Shown here one piece after another: positions 26,809-43,069 of a stretch of DNA of 64,000 bases. The position numbers and the translations under genes were made by a program. The stretch is from NCBI RefSeq assembly GCF_009914755.1, contig NC_060944.1; one strand, given 5' to 3'. Under the pieces are notes generated by a model. It saw nothing but the letters and a program-made list of their open reading frames with translations, was not told where the DNA came from and made no database searches. The first letter of the stretch is position 1, and each line of letters opens with the position of its first letter. This stretch comes from the human T2T-CHM13v2.0 reference genome, Homo sapiens.

Positions 26809-27200
26809 CAGGGATGGAACCTACCTGGTCCATGGGCCCAACTCTCTGTTCCCAGGACCCTGGCAGACATCACTGACTCATCACGCCCATCTCCCTTCTG
26901 AATTCACCCCAACTGCCCCTATGAATTCACACCTGGCAGACATCACTAATCAATCACACTCATCGCCTTCTCTAAAGTCACAGCTGGAAGACATCACTAA
27001 TCAGTCATGCCCATCTCCCCTCTGAATTTGCCCCAACTTCCTCTAAAAATTCACACCTGGAAGACATCACTAGTCAATCTCACTCATCTTCTCTAAAGTC
27101 ACAACTAGCAGACATCATTAATCAATCATGCCCATCTCTCCCTCTGAATTCACACCTGGCCTCAGAATTCTTGCAAGGAAGCAGTCTAATCAGCCATTCT
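26809..27200 (+). mobile_element. MER102-like hAT element with internal tandem amplification
   Basis: It starts 'cagggatgg' and contains 'ggcagacatcactaatcaatca' and 'ggcctcagaat', as in the recalled MER102 consensus. Confidence 0.5.
26860..27159. repeat. Higher-order minisatellite, 5 units of 73/51/73/48/51 bp
   Basis: Units begin CTRG(C/A)AGACATCAYT at 26860, 26933, 26984, 27057 and 27105. A final CTGG sits at 27156. Confidence 0.92.
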
Positions 27201-27519
27201 AAGTTGCAGTTCAAACTGATGGATATTTCTGTTGAGGGGAGGCTCCAGGTGTTTCTTTCCTAAGCCTATGCTACTGCACTATAACAAGAAGAATTATTGC
27301 CCAAGAATAAATGAACACACTGTCTTACTTGAACATTTTCCTATTTGTTAGTTTACTTTGCATTGTTGTTTACAATCAAGTTCAGGAGAAAGACACTCAG
27401 AAGTCTGCATTGATTTTAATCCCCCGGAGCCTGACAATGTGTGAGCACACAGGCTGGAGATGTCTGGAATACCTGGTGCATGGAATTAAAGTTCATCAGT
27501 GTGTTCCTTTCCAAAGAGG

Positions 27520-27875
27520 AATGATAGCATTAAGGCTCTCCTTTGGGGTTCTGCCCTTGGCCACCAGAAGCCTTTGCCCTCCTCATGCAGATGGCAGAAG
27601 TGCCTGAAAGTTTATACCCCACCTGGGGCAAGCCATAGACAGTGATTGGCAGTGTGGGGTATGAAAGCACAGCCACCTTGCTTGCAGTGGGACAAGTACC
27701 TTACATACCAGAGTCCCTGCAGGGTCAGGCTGAAGGTCCCCTCTGCATGACTTTGAGATAACACCTCTCTTGGCTTCCTCCCTTCCTGGCCTGGTTTTTC
27801 CCCTTCCTCATCGACTTCCCCTGGGAATACATTCTTAATACTTGATCACTTGTACGGGCACCCTTGTCTTGAGTA
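27520..27875 (+). mobile_element. ERVL solo LTR, LTR16C-like
   Basis: 'ccagagtccctgcagggtcaggctgaag...ttggcttcctcccttcc...cccctgggaatacattcttaata...cacttg...ccttgtctt'. Confidence 0.7.
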
Positions 27876-29718
27876 CAGAAAGAGCTGTGGGTAATCAGCT
27901 CTTATAAGGCAAAGTGTACACCTGACCTGTGTTCTGTCACTCTAAGTTGTGCCAGAGCTGCTCCTGAAACTCCTCTTGCCCTCTTTCCCAGGATATGCCT
28001 GGCTGTGTCTGTACCATGGAGAACAAGAGGCTGGAACAGCAGGAGCCCATCTGCTGAGTTCTACAAAGGTCTTCACATGGAGATAATGCACAGTGTCTGT
28101 TGCACAAATAAGTAGCTACCAGGAGACTTCAGGCCGGGAAGTCCTAGAAATAATATTGTCCCCAAATCAACTGAAACAAAACCATTAAAAACTATCAAAA
28201 TCTACCCAGTAGGAAGTATAAGAAGAAACTAAACGGGACTACAAATGTCTTTTCAGGATTTCTGGAAAAGTCTTACAGGTATACAAATATTAACTGAAGA
28301 AGCTGAGAAATCACAGATAAATGAAAAATGATACCACCACTCAGGAATTATGGCTAACACTCAGGAATACTGCTATTTTGGTATTCTACATATAAGAATG
28401 TATATGTAGACTTCTGTGAATATGTATGCAAATTTAACCACAAAAAAATTACAGTAGACTTTTTTGTAATCTGCTTTCATTTAATCATAAATGCTAACCA
28501 CAGAGTTAGCATTTGCTATGCTATTAAGCAATTCACAAAGTAGTTTTACTTATTTTATTTATTGTATTTCACAGGTACAGTGATTTGTTTTGTTTTTAAA
28601 TAAACAGGCAGAACTTCTGCACCAAGATGAATATTAATTCCTTCACAGCAATAACCTCAGGGGCCTATTCTCTAGTCAAACAGAGTAAGTGTTATCAAAA
28701 ACAGCCTTTGCTTGTGAAATTTGAAGTCTGTGATGCTTCTAAAAGATACTCAAAATGATGAGGCTCTTCATTTGTTTAAAACAGTTTAAAGTCACTCAAA
28801 GCCAACTGTTTGAGAATGCAGATGAGAAAAATGGGTAAAAGTGCCTGCAATCAAAACTAAAATGCGACAAGAGGGCAATTGGGTTGGATAGCAGGGAGGG
28901 GATTCACGTTTCATGGATAAACTACACATAGGATAAGTGAATGCAAGTACGTCCACAGGAAGGAATAACACCCACTTAGATTTATATTTACATTGTATTG
29001 CCTTTATTTTCTTTTAGATACCAGTCTCATTACTTACAGTACAAAGTCACAGGATATTATTTAGACATTTGGTTCTTTCCTACTGTGGGCCTTTGCTCCA
29101 ACCGCAGTCTGTACCTGCAATACCCCATGACCCTATTCAAGACTTCTGGAACTCTCAGGTCTGCATCCACCTCCCCCATGTCCATCATGGACAGGGCCTC
29201 AATTACACTGGTCACCATCAGAACTAACCCTGAGGATCACACCATGAAAGACCCTGCCTTTTCCATCTTGCTGGTCCAACAGTGCCCACTACAGTGTTTT
29301 TCTGAGAGTTGAAACTTGAAATTCTGAACTGAAAATACTCACTCCATATTTGGACAGAGGGAAACTGGAACTTATACACTACTATAAAGAAAAGAGAAAC
29401 TGATACCCTCCCTCCAAGCCAGTGCTCTCTGATGCTTGACCATGGCATCTCACACACTGTGAGGGTTGCCTGTGGAAGTCAGCCCAGATACTTGCTTTAT
29501 AAACCTGCATATGTGCCCAGCAGCCAAGCATCTGAAGCCCAGCAATGTGTACGGTTTTTTAAGGAGCCCATCTTGCTTTCCATCCAGAATATGGCTCTCC
29601 ATGTCAGAGTTGTGACACTTCACCTGGAGGTCATGGTCTGGGATCTCCCCAAATTTAATGCATTTTATTTTTCCTTTGCAGGAACTTTGTGTAACTTTCA
29701 GTGGATCTTGAAAGAGTC

Positions 29719-30238
29719 TGTATCAGTTTTCTATTGCTATTGTAACAAATTACCACAAACGTCATGGCTTTAAACACACATTTCTTGTCTCACATTTCTG
29801 TAAGTCAGAAGGCCAAAATTAGTTTCACTGGGCTAACATTGAGATGTGTGGGCAAGGATGCTTTCTCCTTTAGCGGCTCTAGAGTAGAATCCCTTTCCTT
29901 GTCTTTTCCATCTTCTAGAAGCTTCCCCTGTTGCTTTGCTTGTGACTCTCTCCTTTCATCTTCAAAGCCAGCGAGAGGGGCAGGGGTTGGGGTCTTCTCT
30001 GTGCTGTCTTCTGTAGTCACATCTTCCTCTGAACCCTCCCGTCTCTCTCCTCCACTTATAGTGAACTCTATGTCTACATTGAATTCACCCAGATAATCCA
30101 TGATCATCTCCCTGTTGAAAGGTAATACTTAATTCCATCTGCAACCTAATCCCCTTTGCCTTGTAATCTGACATAGACACAGGTACAAGGGATTAGGATG
30201 TGGCTATCTGTGGGGAGACCATTATTTTGCCTTCCTCA
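29719..30238 (-). mobile_element. MaLR solo LTR, MLT1D-like
   Basis: TG...CA termini and a near-perfect 5-bp TSD (gagtc/gggtc). The interior has 'taacaaattaccacaaac', 'cccagataatcca' and 'gggattaggatgtgg'. Confidence 0.88.
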
Positions 30239-30301
30239 GGGTCTGTGAATATTTCTCTGAAAAAAAAAAGATCAGAAAACATGTTATAAAATATCATGTG
30301 T

Positions 30302-33300
30302 GGCACTTACTCTAAAATTGATAACATAGTTGGAAGTAAAACCATCCTCAGCAAATGCAAAAGAACTGAAATCATAACAAACAGTCTCTCAGACCACAGT
30401 ACAACCAAATTATAACTCAAGAATAGGAAACTCACTCAAAACCACACAATTACATGGAAATTGAACAATCTGCTCCTGAATGACTCCTGGGTAAATAATG
30501 AAATTAAAGCAGAAATTAAGAAGTTCTTTGAAACTAATGAGAACAACAATGTACCAGAATCTCTGGGACGCAACTAAAGCAGTTTTAGGAGGAAAACTTA
30601 TAGCACTAAAATGCCTACATCAAAAAGCTAGAAAGATCTCAAATTAACAACCTAACATCATAACTAAAAAACTAGAGAACCAAGAGCAAACAAATTCAAA
30701 ATCTAGCAGAAGACAAGAAATAACCAAGATGAGAGCTGAAGTGAAAGAGATAGAGACATGAAAAGTTCTTTAAAAAAATCAACAAATCCAGGAGCTGTTT
30801 TTTGGGAAAAAAAAATAAGATAGATAGACCACTAGCTAGACTAACAAAGAAAAAAAGAGAAGAATCAAATAGACACAATCAGAAATGATAAGGGGGATAT
30901 CACCATTCATCCCACAGAAATACAAACAACCATCAAATAATAGTATAAACACCTCGTATCCACATAAACTAGAAAATATAGAAGAAATGGATAAATTTCT
31001 GGACGCATATACCCTCCTAAGACTTAATCAGGAAGAAAATGAATCCCTGAGTAGACCAATAACAAGTTCTGAAATTGAGGAAGTAATAAGCAGACTACCA
31101 ACCAATAAAAGCCCAGGGTCAGATGGATTTACAGCAGAATTCTACCAGAGGTACAAAGAAGAGCTGGTACCATTTCTACTGAAACTATTCAAAAAAATTG
31201 AAAAGGAGGGACTCCTGTCTAAGTCATCCAATGAGGCCAGCATCATCCTGATACCAAAACCTGGCAGAGATACAACAAAAAAAGTAAACTTCAGGCCAAT
31301 ATCTCTGATGAATATTGATGTAAAAATCCTCAATAAAATACTGGCAAACCAAATCCAGCAGCACATCAAAAAGCTTATCCACCAGATCATGTGGGCTTCA
31401 TCCTCAGGCTGCAAAGTTGCTTCAACATACACAAATCAATAATGTAATTCATCACATAAACAGAACTAAAGACAAAATCCACAAGATTATCTCAATAGAC
31501 ACAGAAAAGGCCTTTGATAAAAGTCAATATCCCTTCATGTTAAGAACTCTCCTCTCAATAAAGTGGGTATTGAAGAAACATATGTCAAAATAATAAGAAC
31601 CATATATGACAAACCCACAGCAAATATCATACTGAATGGGCAAAAGCTGGATGCATTCCCTTTGAAAACTGGCACCAGACAAGGATGCCCTGTCTCATCA
31701 CTCCTATTCAACATAGTATTGGAAGTTCTGGCCAGGGCAATCAAGCAAGAGAAAGAAATAAAGAGTATTCAAATAGGAAGAGAGAAAGTCAAATTTTCTT
31801 TGTTTGCAGGTGACAAAATCCTATCATCTCAGCCCAAAAGCTTCTAAAGCTGATAAGCAACTTCAGCAAAGTCTCAAGATACAAAATCAATGTGCAAAAA
31901 TCACAAACATTCCTATACACCAGCAACAAACAAGCAGAGAGCCAAGTCATGAATAAACTCCCATTCACAATTGCTACAAAGAGAATAAAATACTTAGGAA
32001 AATAGCTAACAAGGGAAGTGAAGGACCTGTTCAATGAGAACTACAAACCACTGCTCAAAGAAATCAGAGAGGACAAACAAATGGAAAAATATTCCATGAT
32101 CATGGTTAGGAAGAATCAATATCATGAAAATGGCCATACTGCCCAAAGTAATTTATAGATTCAATGCTATTTCCATTAAACTATAATTGACATTCTTCAC
32201 AGAATAAGAAGAAATGATTTTAAAATTCATATGGAATTTTAAAAAGCCCCAAATAGCCAAGACAATCCTAAGCAAAAAGAACACAGGTGGAGGCATCACA
32301 CTACTGAACTTCAAACTATACTACAAGGCTACAGTAACCAAAACAGCATGGTACTGGTACAAAAACAGACACAAGGATCAATGGAACAGAATAGAGAACT
32401 CAGAAATAAGACTGCACACCTACAACCATCTGATCTTCAACAAACCTGACAAAAACAAGCAATGGGGAAATGATTCCCTGTTTAATAAGTTGTGCTGGGA
32501 GAACTGGTTAGTCATAAGAAGAAAAGTTTTGCAATCTATCCATCTGACGAAGGCCTAATATCCAGAGTCTACAAGGAACTTAAATGAATTTACAAGAAAG
32601 AAAACAAACAACCCCACTAAATAGTGGACAAAGGACATGGACAGACACTTCTCAAAAGAAGACATTCATGTAGCCAACAAACATGAAAAAAAGCTCAACA
32701 TCACTGATCATTAGAGAAATGCAAATCAAAAGCACAATGAGATTCCATCTCATGCCAGTCAGAATGGTTGGATATTAAAAAGTCAATAAACAATAGATGC
32801 TGGTGAGGTTGCAGAGAAAAAGGAATGTTTTTACTCTGTTGGTGGGAGTATACATTAATTCAACCATTGTGGAAGACAGTGTGGTGATTCCTCAAAGATC
32901 TGGAGGCAGAAATACCATTTGCCCCAGCAATCTCATTACTGGGTATATACTCAAAAGAATATAAATCATTCTATTATAATGATACATGCACACATGTTCA
33001 TTGCTGCACTATTCACAATAGCAAAGACATGGAATCAACTCAAACTCCCATCAATGATAGACTGGATAAAGAAAATGTGGTACTTATATACCATGAAATA
33101 CTATGCAGCCATAAAAAGAAATAAGATCACATTCCTTTCAGGGACATGGATGGAGCTGGAGGCTGTTATCCTCAGCAAACCCAGGAACAGAAAATCAAAC
33201 ACTCATGTTCTTACTTATAAGTGGGAGCTGAATGATGAGAACACATGGACACATGGTGGGGAAACAACACATACAGGGTCCTGTCAGAGTGGGGGAATGA

Positions 33301-33465
33301 GTACATCAGGAAGAATAGCTATAGCTGATGGATGCTGGGTTTAACACCTAGGTGATGGATGGGTTGATCTGTGCAGCAAACCACCATGACACACATTTAT
33401 CTATGTAACAAACGTGCACATCCTGCACATGTACCCAGAATTTAAAATAAAAGCTTGAAAAAAAA
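30302..33465 (+). mobile_element. 5'-truncated L1 (older L1PA, ~PA13-16), dead ORF2 plus 3'UTR
   Basis: The ORF track gives ORF2 fragments ([55 protein letters not shown]). The RT motif FADD is decayed to FAGD, there are many frameshifts, and the L1PA 3'UTR and A tail end at ~33465. Confidence 0.97.
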
Positions 33466-33473
33466 GTCACATG

Positions 33474-33810
33474 TATTCATTTATCAAAACTTTATCAAGT
33501 ATTTTCATCTACTATATGCTGTTGCTGTGCTTAGATGGTAAGATGCAACTATAAATAAGAAATCTGTAGCCTGACAACCATCTTGATTTACCCAGGACTT
33601 AAGGGGGTAAATCGGGACACAGAATTTTCAGTATCAAAATCAGTTCAGTTTCAGGCAAATTGGGACAGTCGGTCATCTGAGGTACAGTCTCTGCCATGCA
33701 AGAATTTACCATTCAGTGAGAGGCATGAACTAAACACAATCAAGCAGATGTTTAAAAAAATTAAAAGTTGCAGTATGTGCTTTAAAGGAAAAGAAAAAGG
33801 GGCTGAGATA
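33474..33810 (-). mobile_element. L2 fragment (interrupted by MER81)
   Basis: 'tattcatttatc...ctactatatgctgttgctgtgcttagatg' resumes after 33680 as 'acagtctctgccatgcaagaatttaccattcagtg'. Confidence 0.55.
33567..33680 (-). mobile_element. MER81-like hAT-Blackjack MITE
   Basis: 114 bp with degenerate TIRs (tagcctgac... / ...ggtcatctga) and internal 'cccaggact', 'cgggac' and 'caggcaaattgggac' subrepeats. Confidence 0.7.
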
Positions 33811-33859
33811 TAGATGAACAAAACAAGTGCCACCTCTTTCTCTGCGAGCTCCTTCCGGG

Positions 33860-34500
33860 TAACATTGATCATACTCTAAACACACGTCAGGCGCTGGCTA
33901 CACACATTGTCTTGCCTAACTTTCACTGGAACCCCATGAAGTGAAGACACTTATTGCCTGTAGTCTTCAGTTGAGGGAATAGAAGAGAAAAAATGCCTAA
34001 CATCACAGAGCAACTATCTCACATCCTGTTCCCCAGAAACAGACTCTGATACAAGGATTCATGAGCAAGTAATTTAGTAATTTAGTAAGGAAGTGCTCCC
34101 AGAGGAAATTAGAGAGTCGAGTGCAGAATAAGAAAGGGAAGGAAGATAGCAAGGATGAGATGTCAGGAAAAATTCCCTGGAGGGTGGCTTCATCCTGATC
34201 CTCAGGGGAAGTGGGTGTAAATTATCTCCGAGAGTGTCTTCCAACAGGAGGTGGGGTGGCCCCAGGTCCCTCTGGGGCATGTACAATCCCTAGGCATTTC
34301 AGCTCTTTCTGTGCTGTAAGAAAAGAATCACAGGTATGGCTGTTGAAAACAAAGGCACACCAAAGCTAGGAGAGGGAAAACAAACCCTAAAGGTAGGCCA
34401 GGTGGTCTGAGTAAGGCAGCAGCCGCCCCACTTCAGCCAGTAAGTGGAAAACCAACATTTGAACCCAAACCTGGTGAATCCCACCACACCGTGGCTAAAC
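33860..34500 (-). mobile_element. MIR split by an LTR (33860-34015 plus 34440-34500)
   Basis: 'aaccccatgaagtg...gcctaacatcacagagc' resumes as 'taagtggaaaaccaacatttgaacccaa'. Confidence 0.5.
34016..34290 (-). mobile_element. ERVL solo LTR, LTR16C-like
   Basis: 'gttccccagaaacagactctgatacaaggattcatgagcaagtaattta...gtgctcccag' is the reverse complement of the LTR16 3' end. The right boundary is uncertain. Confidence 0.65.
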
Positions 34501-34863
34501 CTCTCTTCTATTCCACCTACTTTCACATACTTACACATTTTCTTAAAACCTAAGATTTATGGTTTTTTTTTCCAGATTTTTCTTCTACAGGAGTACATCC
34601 TATTCACCAGAATTGGTCCAACACAAATATTAAAATAAAAGTGTGCTGCCATTAAAAATTGATAGGGTCAGTGTCACATCCCAGAGTGACCCTCCCCAGG
34701 TAATTCAGTGGCTTTCCTCTAACACTTGAATTGCTAATGAAGAGAGCTAATTAGCATGTCACTGATAAGATTATGAAGATTAAATACTACTTCCTGAATC
34801 TCAGTGATTTTTCAAATGGCTTTTAGGCACCACAACCCATCTCAGAATTTATACAAACACATA

Positions 34864-34866
<3 letters not shown>

Positions 34867-34900
<34 letters not shown>
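34867..34900. repeat. (AC)17 perfect microsatellite
   Basis: Read directly from the sequence. Confidence 0.97.
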
Positions 34901-34902
<2 letters not shown>

Positions 34903-35449
34903 GCTTTAATTATGTCAGTGCTTTATGCAATTGGGAGACCAGGAGGCAGTATTGTGTCTTTTCAGAATTACTGTAGGTGTGATAGCTCCTAATTTCAAAC
35001 ATCATAAGACCTTCATCTTCATGGCAAATGTGATATTTTAGTATGACCTTGGATCTTTACTATTTCTGAGAATGAATCTTTTATGGATGCCAGATGGAAA
35101 GTACAAAATTAATATCCCCTTGTAGACTAACACCCATATGTTTTCCATGTACTGCAGAGATGTACTTTGTTCATAGTGCCATTCATTTAAATGAAATGAA
35201 CATCTACACGATGATACATTGCTGTTTCTAAATTTTGTACTGGACTTAGCCAATAAAAAGTACTTAATATTGGCATCAAAATGTCTGAAAAAAGTAAGGC
35301 TGCCAAATAGTGAATAATAATCACTAATCTCTTATAATTGCGTGTGTGTGTTTGTGGCCTATGTGTGTTTGGAGTAAGCCATTCTCATGCTGAAAAATGA
35401 ACACACATAAAAATCAATACTCAAAATAGTCAAACATTTGTGCATTTAT

Positions 35450-35877
35450 ATTACTTAAGGCTAGATTTGACAGCAACTAACAGAGATCCACAATGGATGA
35501 AGTAAACAAGACAAAAGCTTCTTTCTCTCTCACATAAATCCAAGTTGTTCTCCAAAAATTCCTTGCAGCTCACTAATCAACTGTCTGTAAGTTATGGCCC
35601 TGATCTTCGTGATGCAAGACGGCAACACCATGTCCCCTTTCCAGGTAAGAGGATTCGTCAGTTGTCTTTTAAGAAAGGACCTACAAAGCTGCCATGTGAC
35701 ACTTCTGTTTATAGTTCATTGGCCTGATCTTGTTCACATGTTCATACCCAGCCCCCACAGGAGGCCAGGAAATGTAGTCTTTTACATAAATAACTTGCTA
35801 AAAAAAAACTGGGGATATATTATTGTAGGGGACTGAGGGTGAAAGGATCTCAGGGAATTAACACAGCCTCTGCCACA
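35450..35877 (-). mobile_element. MaLR LTR, MLT1J/K-like
   Basis: 'ttctttctctctcacataa', 'acacttctgtttatagttcattggcc...tcacatg...ggaggccaggaaatgtagtctt' and the terminus 'gcctctgccaca'. Confidence 0.7.
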
Positions 35878-36129
35878 AGCATTTATGATTGTAATTTCTA
35901 AAGATGCCAATATGGCCAATTTCAGTAAGAGCTATTCATGTTTCTTTTTTGTTTAAGTCAAAGTGAATTTTTTTTACCCTCAGCTTGCTTATTCCAGGGT
36001 TGAAATTAAATTTGAGTTCAACTGTAATTTTGAATGAAGGCCTCTGATACATGCAAAATCCATCTGTGCCAATGCTGGATCCCTTGAACTGGACCAGATT
36101 CTGTAATACATCATTTAATTTGCCTTAGG

Positions 36130-36440
36130 GACGGAAAGCTGCCTCACACAAGGTCATGCCTTCGCCTCCCGGGATCCTCACATTCAAAGACATAGCCATG
36201 TGGGTCCATAAAGAGCCTGCCCCTCCCAAGGACAGCACTGAAGGCTCATCCCACCTTCAGAGGGCCCAAGGAGTGGGCTGAGGCTTCCTTGAGCCTGAAT
36301 GGACTCTCAACGCTTCCTCTGCCCAGTTCTCTTCCTCCCCCTCCCTTGCCTCTATGACTACTGCCCCCCAAGAACACCTCCTAAGCAATTTTCTCTCCAT
36401 CTCAGAAGCTGCTTCCCAGGGTACTGAAATCCTTACTTGG
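36130..36440 (+). mobile_element. ERVL solo LTR, LTR33-like
   Basis: 'aaggtcatgcc...ctgaaggctcatccc...cttcctctgcccagttc...ccaagaacacctcctaag...ctccatctcagaagctgcttccc'. Confidence 0.7.
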
Positions 36441-36649
36441 TCACTCTTCAAGCACATCTCTTGCACTCAACTGATTTTATAATGAGGTGGTTGGGCCCAT
36501 TGTGCCAGTCAATAGATGCCATTCTGATTTCTGATAGTGGGCAGCTCTGCTTAGCTCTTCTCTCTCATCCTAGGAATCCCTGGGGATACTTCAGGCCTCC
36601 TCTTTTTGGGAGCAGATGTCCACTGGATGATTATAATCTTTAAGGAGAA

Positions 36650-36815
36650 TGTGCTGTAGCCAGGAAGAGTGGGAATCAGCTACCTGAGTTCTATCTTTGA
36701 TCTGCCATATTCAGGCAATGTGATGTTGGGAGAGTCAGTTCCTTCATCTCTAACATTAGAATAGTAACCCCACTTACAAGGGTTATTGAACTAAATAAGT
36801 TAATCTATTGTGAAC
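36650..36815 (+). mobile_element. MIR
   Basis: 'gggaatcagctacctgagttcta...tgtgatgttgggagagtca...cttcatctctaacatt...acaagggttattga'. Confidence 0.65.
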
Positions 36816-37259
36816 TCCTGGCTTTGTAATTCTCTTCCTGCCCATTTCTTGCATGGCTCAGCCTAAATTAGAATTTACTTGCCCAAATGGTCAGGTGGCT
36901 TTGGCTTTCTTATTGAACTTTGTAACATTAAAGGGATCCTCAACGGGAATATTCACAACAGCTTCCCTGCATTGTGGTCTCTCATCGACCTTGTGATGGC
37001 CCATCATTTTCCTTGAGCTAGTGGTCACTCTGCCCGAAGTTTGTATCTGCTACAGCTTCGTTTTTGACCTTGCATGGCTGTTCCAATTGCTGCCAAATAT
37101 GGGTTCATTATCCCATCATTTTGTCTAGTCCAGGAGATTCCACTCAGCTCAGGAAAACATTGGAGACTTAATGTGCTCATTCTCAGGAACATCAGCTGAA
37201 CCACTGATGGAAATCTCCATTCAACTAGATAACCCAGGAAGAGCAACCATGCCTTACAG

Positions 37260-37451
37260 CAGCTGTTCTCAAAGCAGGAATCTTTGACCAAGAGCATCGG
37301 CCTCGGCTGGGAACTCATCATAAATGGCCCAAAGTTCTTGTTCCTAACCCAGACTTAACTGAATTAGGAACTCTGGGAACAGGACCCAACAGTTCATGTT
37401 TTAACCAGCCCTCCAGGGGAGGAGGAGTCTTGCAAAATTTGAGACTCACTG
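37260..37451 (+). mobile_element. MER5A-like hAT-Charlie MITE
   Basis: TIRs cagctgttctcaaa / tttgagactcactg, ~190 bp long, with a degenerate 8-bp TSD (ccttacag/ctttagag). Confidence 0.8.
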
Positions 37452-38042
37452 CTTTAGAGAGAACCCAAAGGGTGCAGACAGGAGAGCTTTCCTAGGCAAT
37501 ATTGCACTACTTTTAAATCAGTTTTTTCCCCTCTCTTTCCCTCTTCCCCACTTCTTTCCCTCTGTTTCTCCCTGTCTCCCCATCTCTCTCTTAATTTAGT
37601 GAGTACTTTAGGGCTTACCTTAGCAAAATCTTCCAAGGTTGGTCTTATGCCTCTGAAAACACACGCATGCAAACATTCATGAAAATTTTAGAGTAAATAC
37701 ATTCTAAATACTAGGCTTGGTAAATTTTTTTCCCTAGCTGTCCTCAGCACTCCAGCAAAAAAAAAAAAAATTGATTGCTAAACTTTTTTGCCATATGACC
37801 TGGAAAAGACTCAGCTGCTGATGGTGGCTCTGGCCAGGCTGCAGGCAATAAAGGGCTCGCTAACCTGCCTCTATTTGCTTTCTGTTCAAGATAAACATTT
37901 ATCACTGGGCGTATTGATTAACACCATATCACTTTCCTTCTTACACTTTCGCAAAGGGAGAAGGCTCCTCTTGGGAGCTCGAACCTTTGTGGGGCTCATG
38001 AGACCCCAAGGGCTATGGTGGCTATGAAGAAGCCGTGAGCTA

Positions 38043-38567
<525 letters not shown>

Positions 38568-39311
38568 CTACCTAAATAGCCTGGAAAACAAGCTGCAAAT
38601 GAACCTTCCATTGTTTGAAGGGTTTTTTCCCTTCTTTTTTTTCTCTTTTTTTCAATGATAGGAAGGCAAGACGAGAGAGAAACCAACAATATTGGCTTGA
38701 TTTGCAATATACAAAAGACGTACGAAAGGAGAACTATGGTCCCTGAGTGTTTTAATATTTGAGACTGCCTCAGTTCCTAACTGGAAGTGGGTATGGTTTA
38801 AATTAAAAAGAAACAGATATTTATGTACTGATTCACCACCAACTCTTTCTCTGATGTTTTGCTTTTGTTGATAACCTTTCCTGTAGCATTAATACTGCTG
38901 TTTTGATTCTATGCAACTGGTGAGCTAAATTATTCTTATTTAAAAATCATGATTATGCATCCCGAGAAGGGTATTTTTATTCATTAAACCTAAAGTGGTT
39001 AATTCATGGTTAGTACAGACTGTGACTAACCTGTTGTTTTCAAAACAAATTATCATGACATTAAATTGCACAGTTGCTTATTTCTGTGATCTGCTTTGAT
39101 TCTGGAGAGAGCCTGGGTTGTCTGTCTGTCCTTTAAGAGAGGTAATGTGGAAGGAATCCTGGGGGCTGCACCTATGAGCCCCCCGAGAGCCAGTTGGTGA
39201 CATTAGGAACATTGGCTGTAGTTGTTTCTTTACATTTTAGTGCAGATATTTTCTGGCTTAAAAACTTAAAAGCTTCTCTTTTTAAAAACTTGGCAAAGGA
39301 TTTTTCTAACC

Positions 39312-42830
<3,519 letters not shown>

Positions 42831-43069
42831 ATTGATTGATGGTGTTCACCTTTTCTCTTTTTCTTGGTCAATCTAGTTAAAGGTTTGTCAGTATGTTGAT
42901 TTTCACAGAACTAACTTATGGTTTTGATAAACAACATAAAGATGTTGGAGAGCAAGGAGGCATTGGAAATAAACCAAAAGCTGAGTTTTCATTTTGGCCA
43001 CATGCTCTTCATAATTGTTTATTTTTGGTTTGAAATAAATAAATAAACAAATAAATAAAGGGTTTTTAT

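Noticed and set aside
26860-27159. CRISPR-like array (recurring ~24-bp repeat with intervening segments)
   Set aside because: The 'spacers' are copies of one another, the repeats are degenerate, there are no cas genes, and the DNA is primate. It is a minisatellite.
30885-33344. RT-like ORFs as a functional retroelement or gene
   Set aside because: These are frameshifted, 5'-truncated L1 ORF2 fragments with a decayed catalytic motif (FAGD) and an internal deletion.
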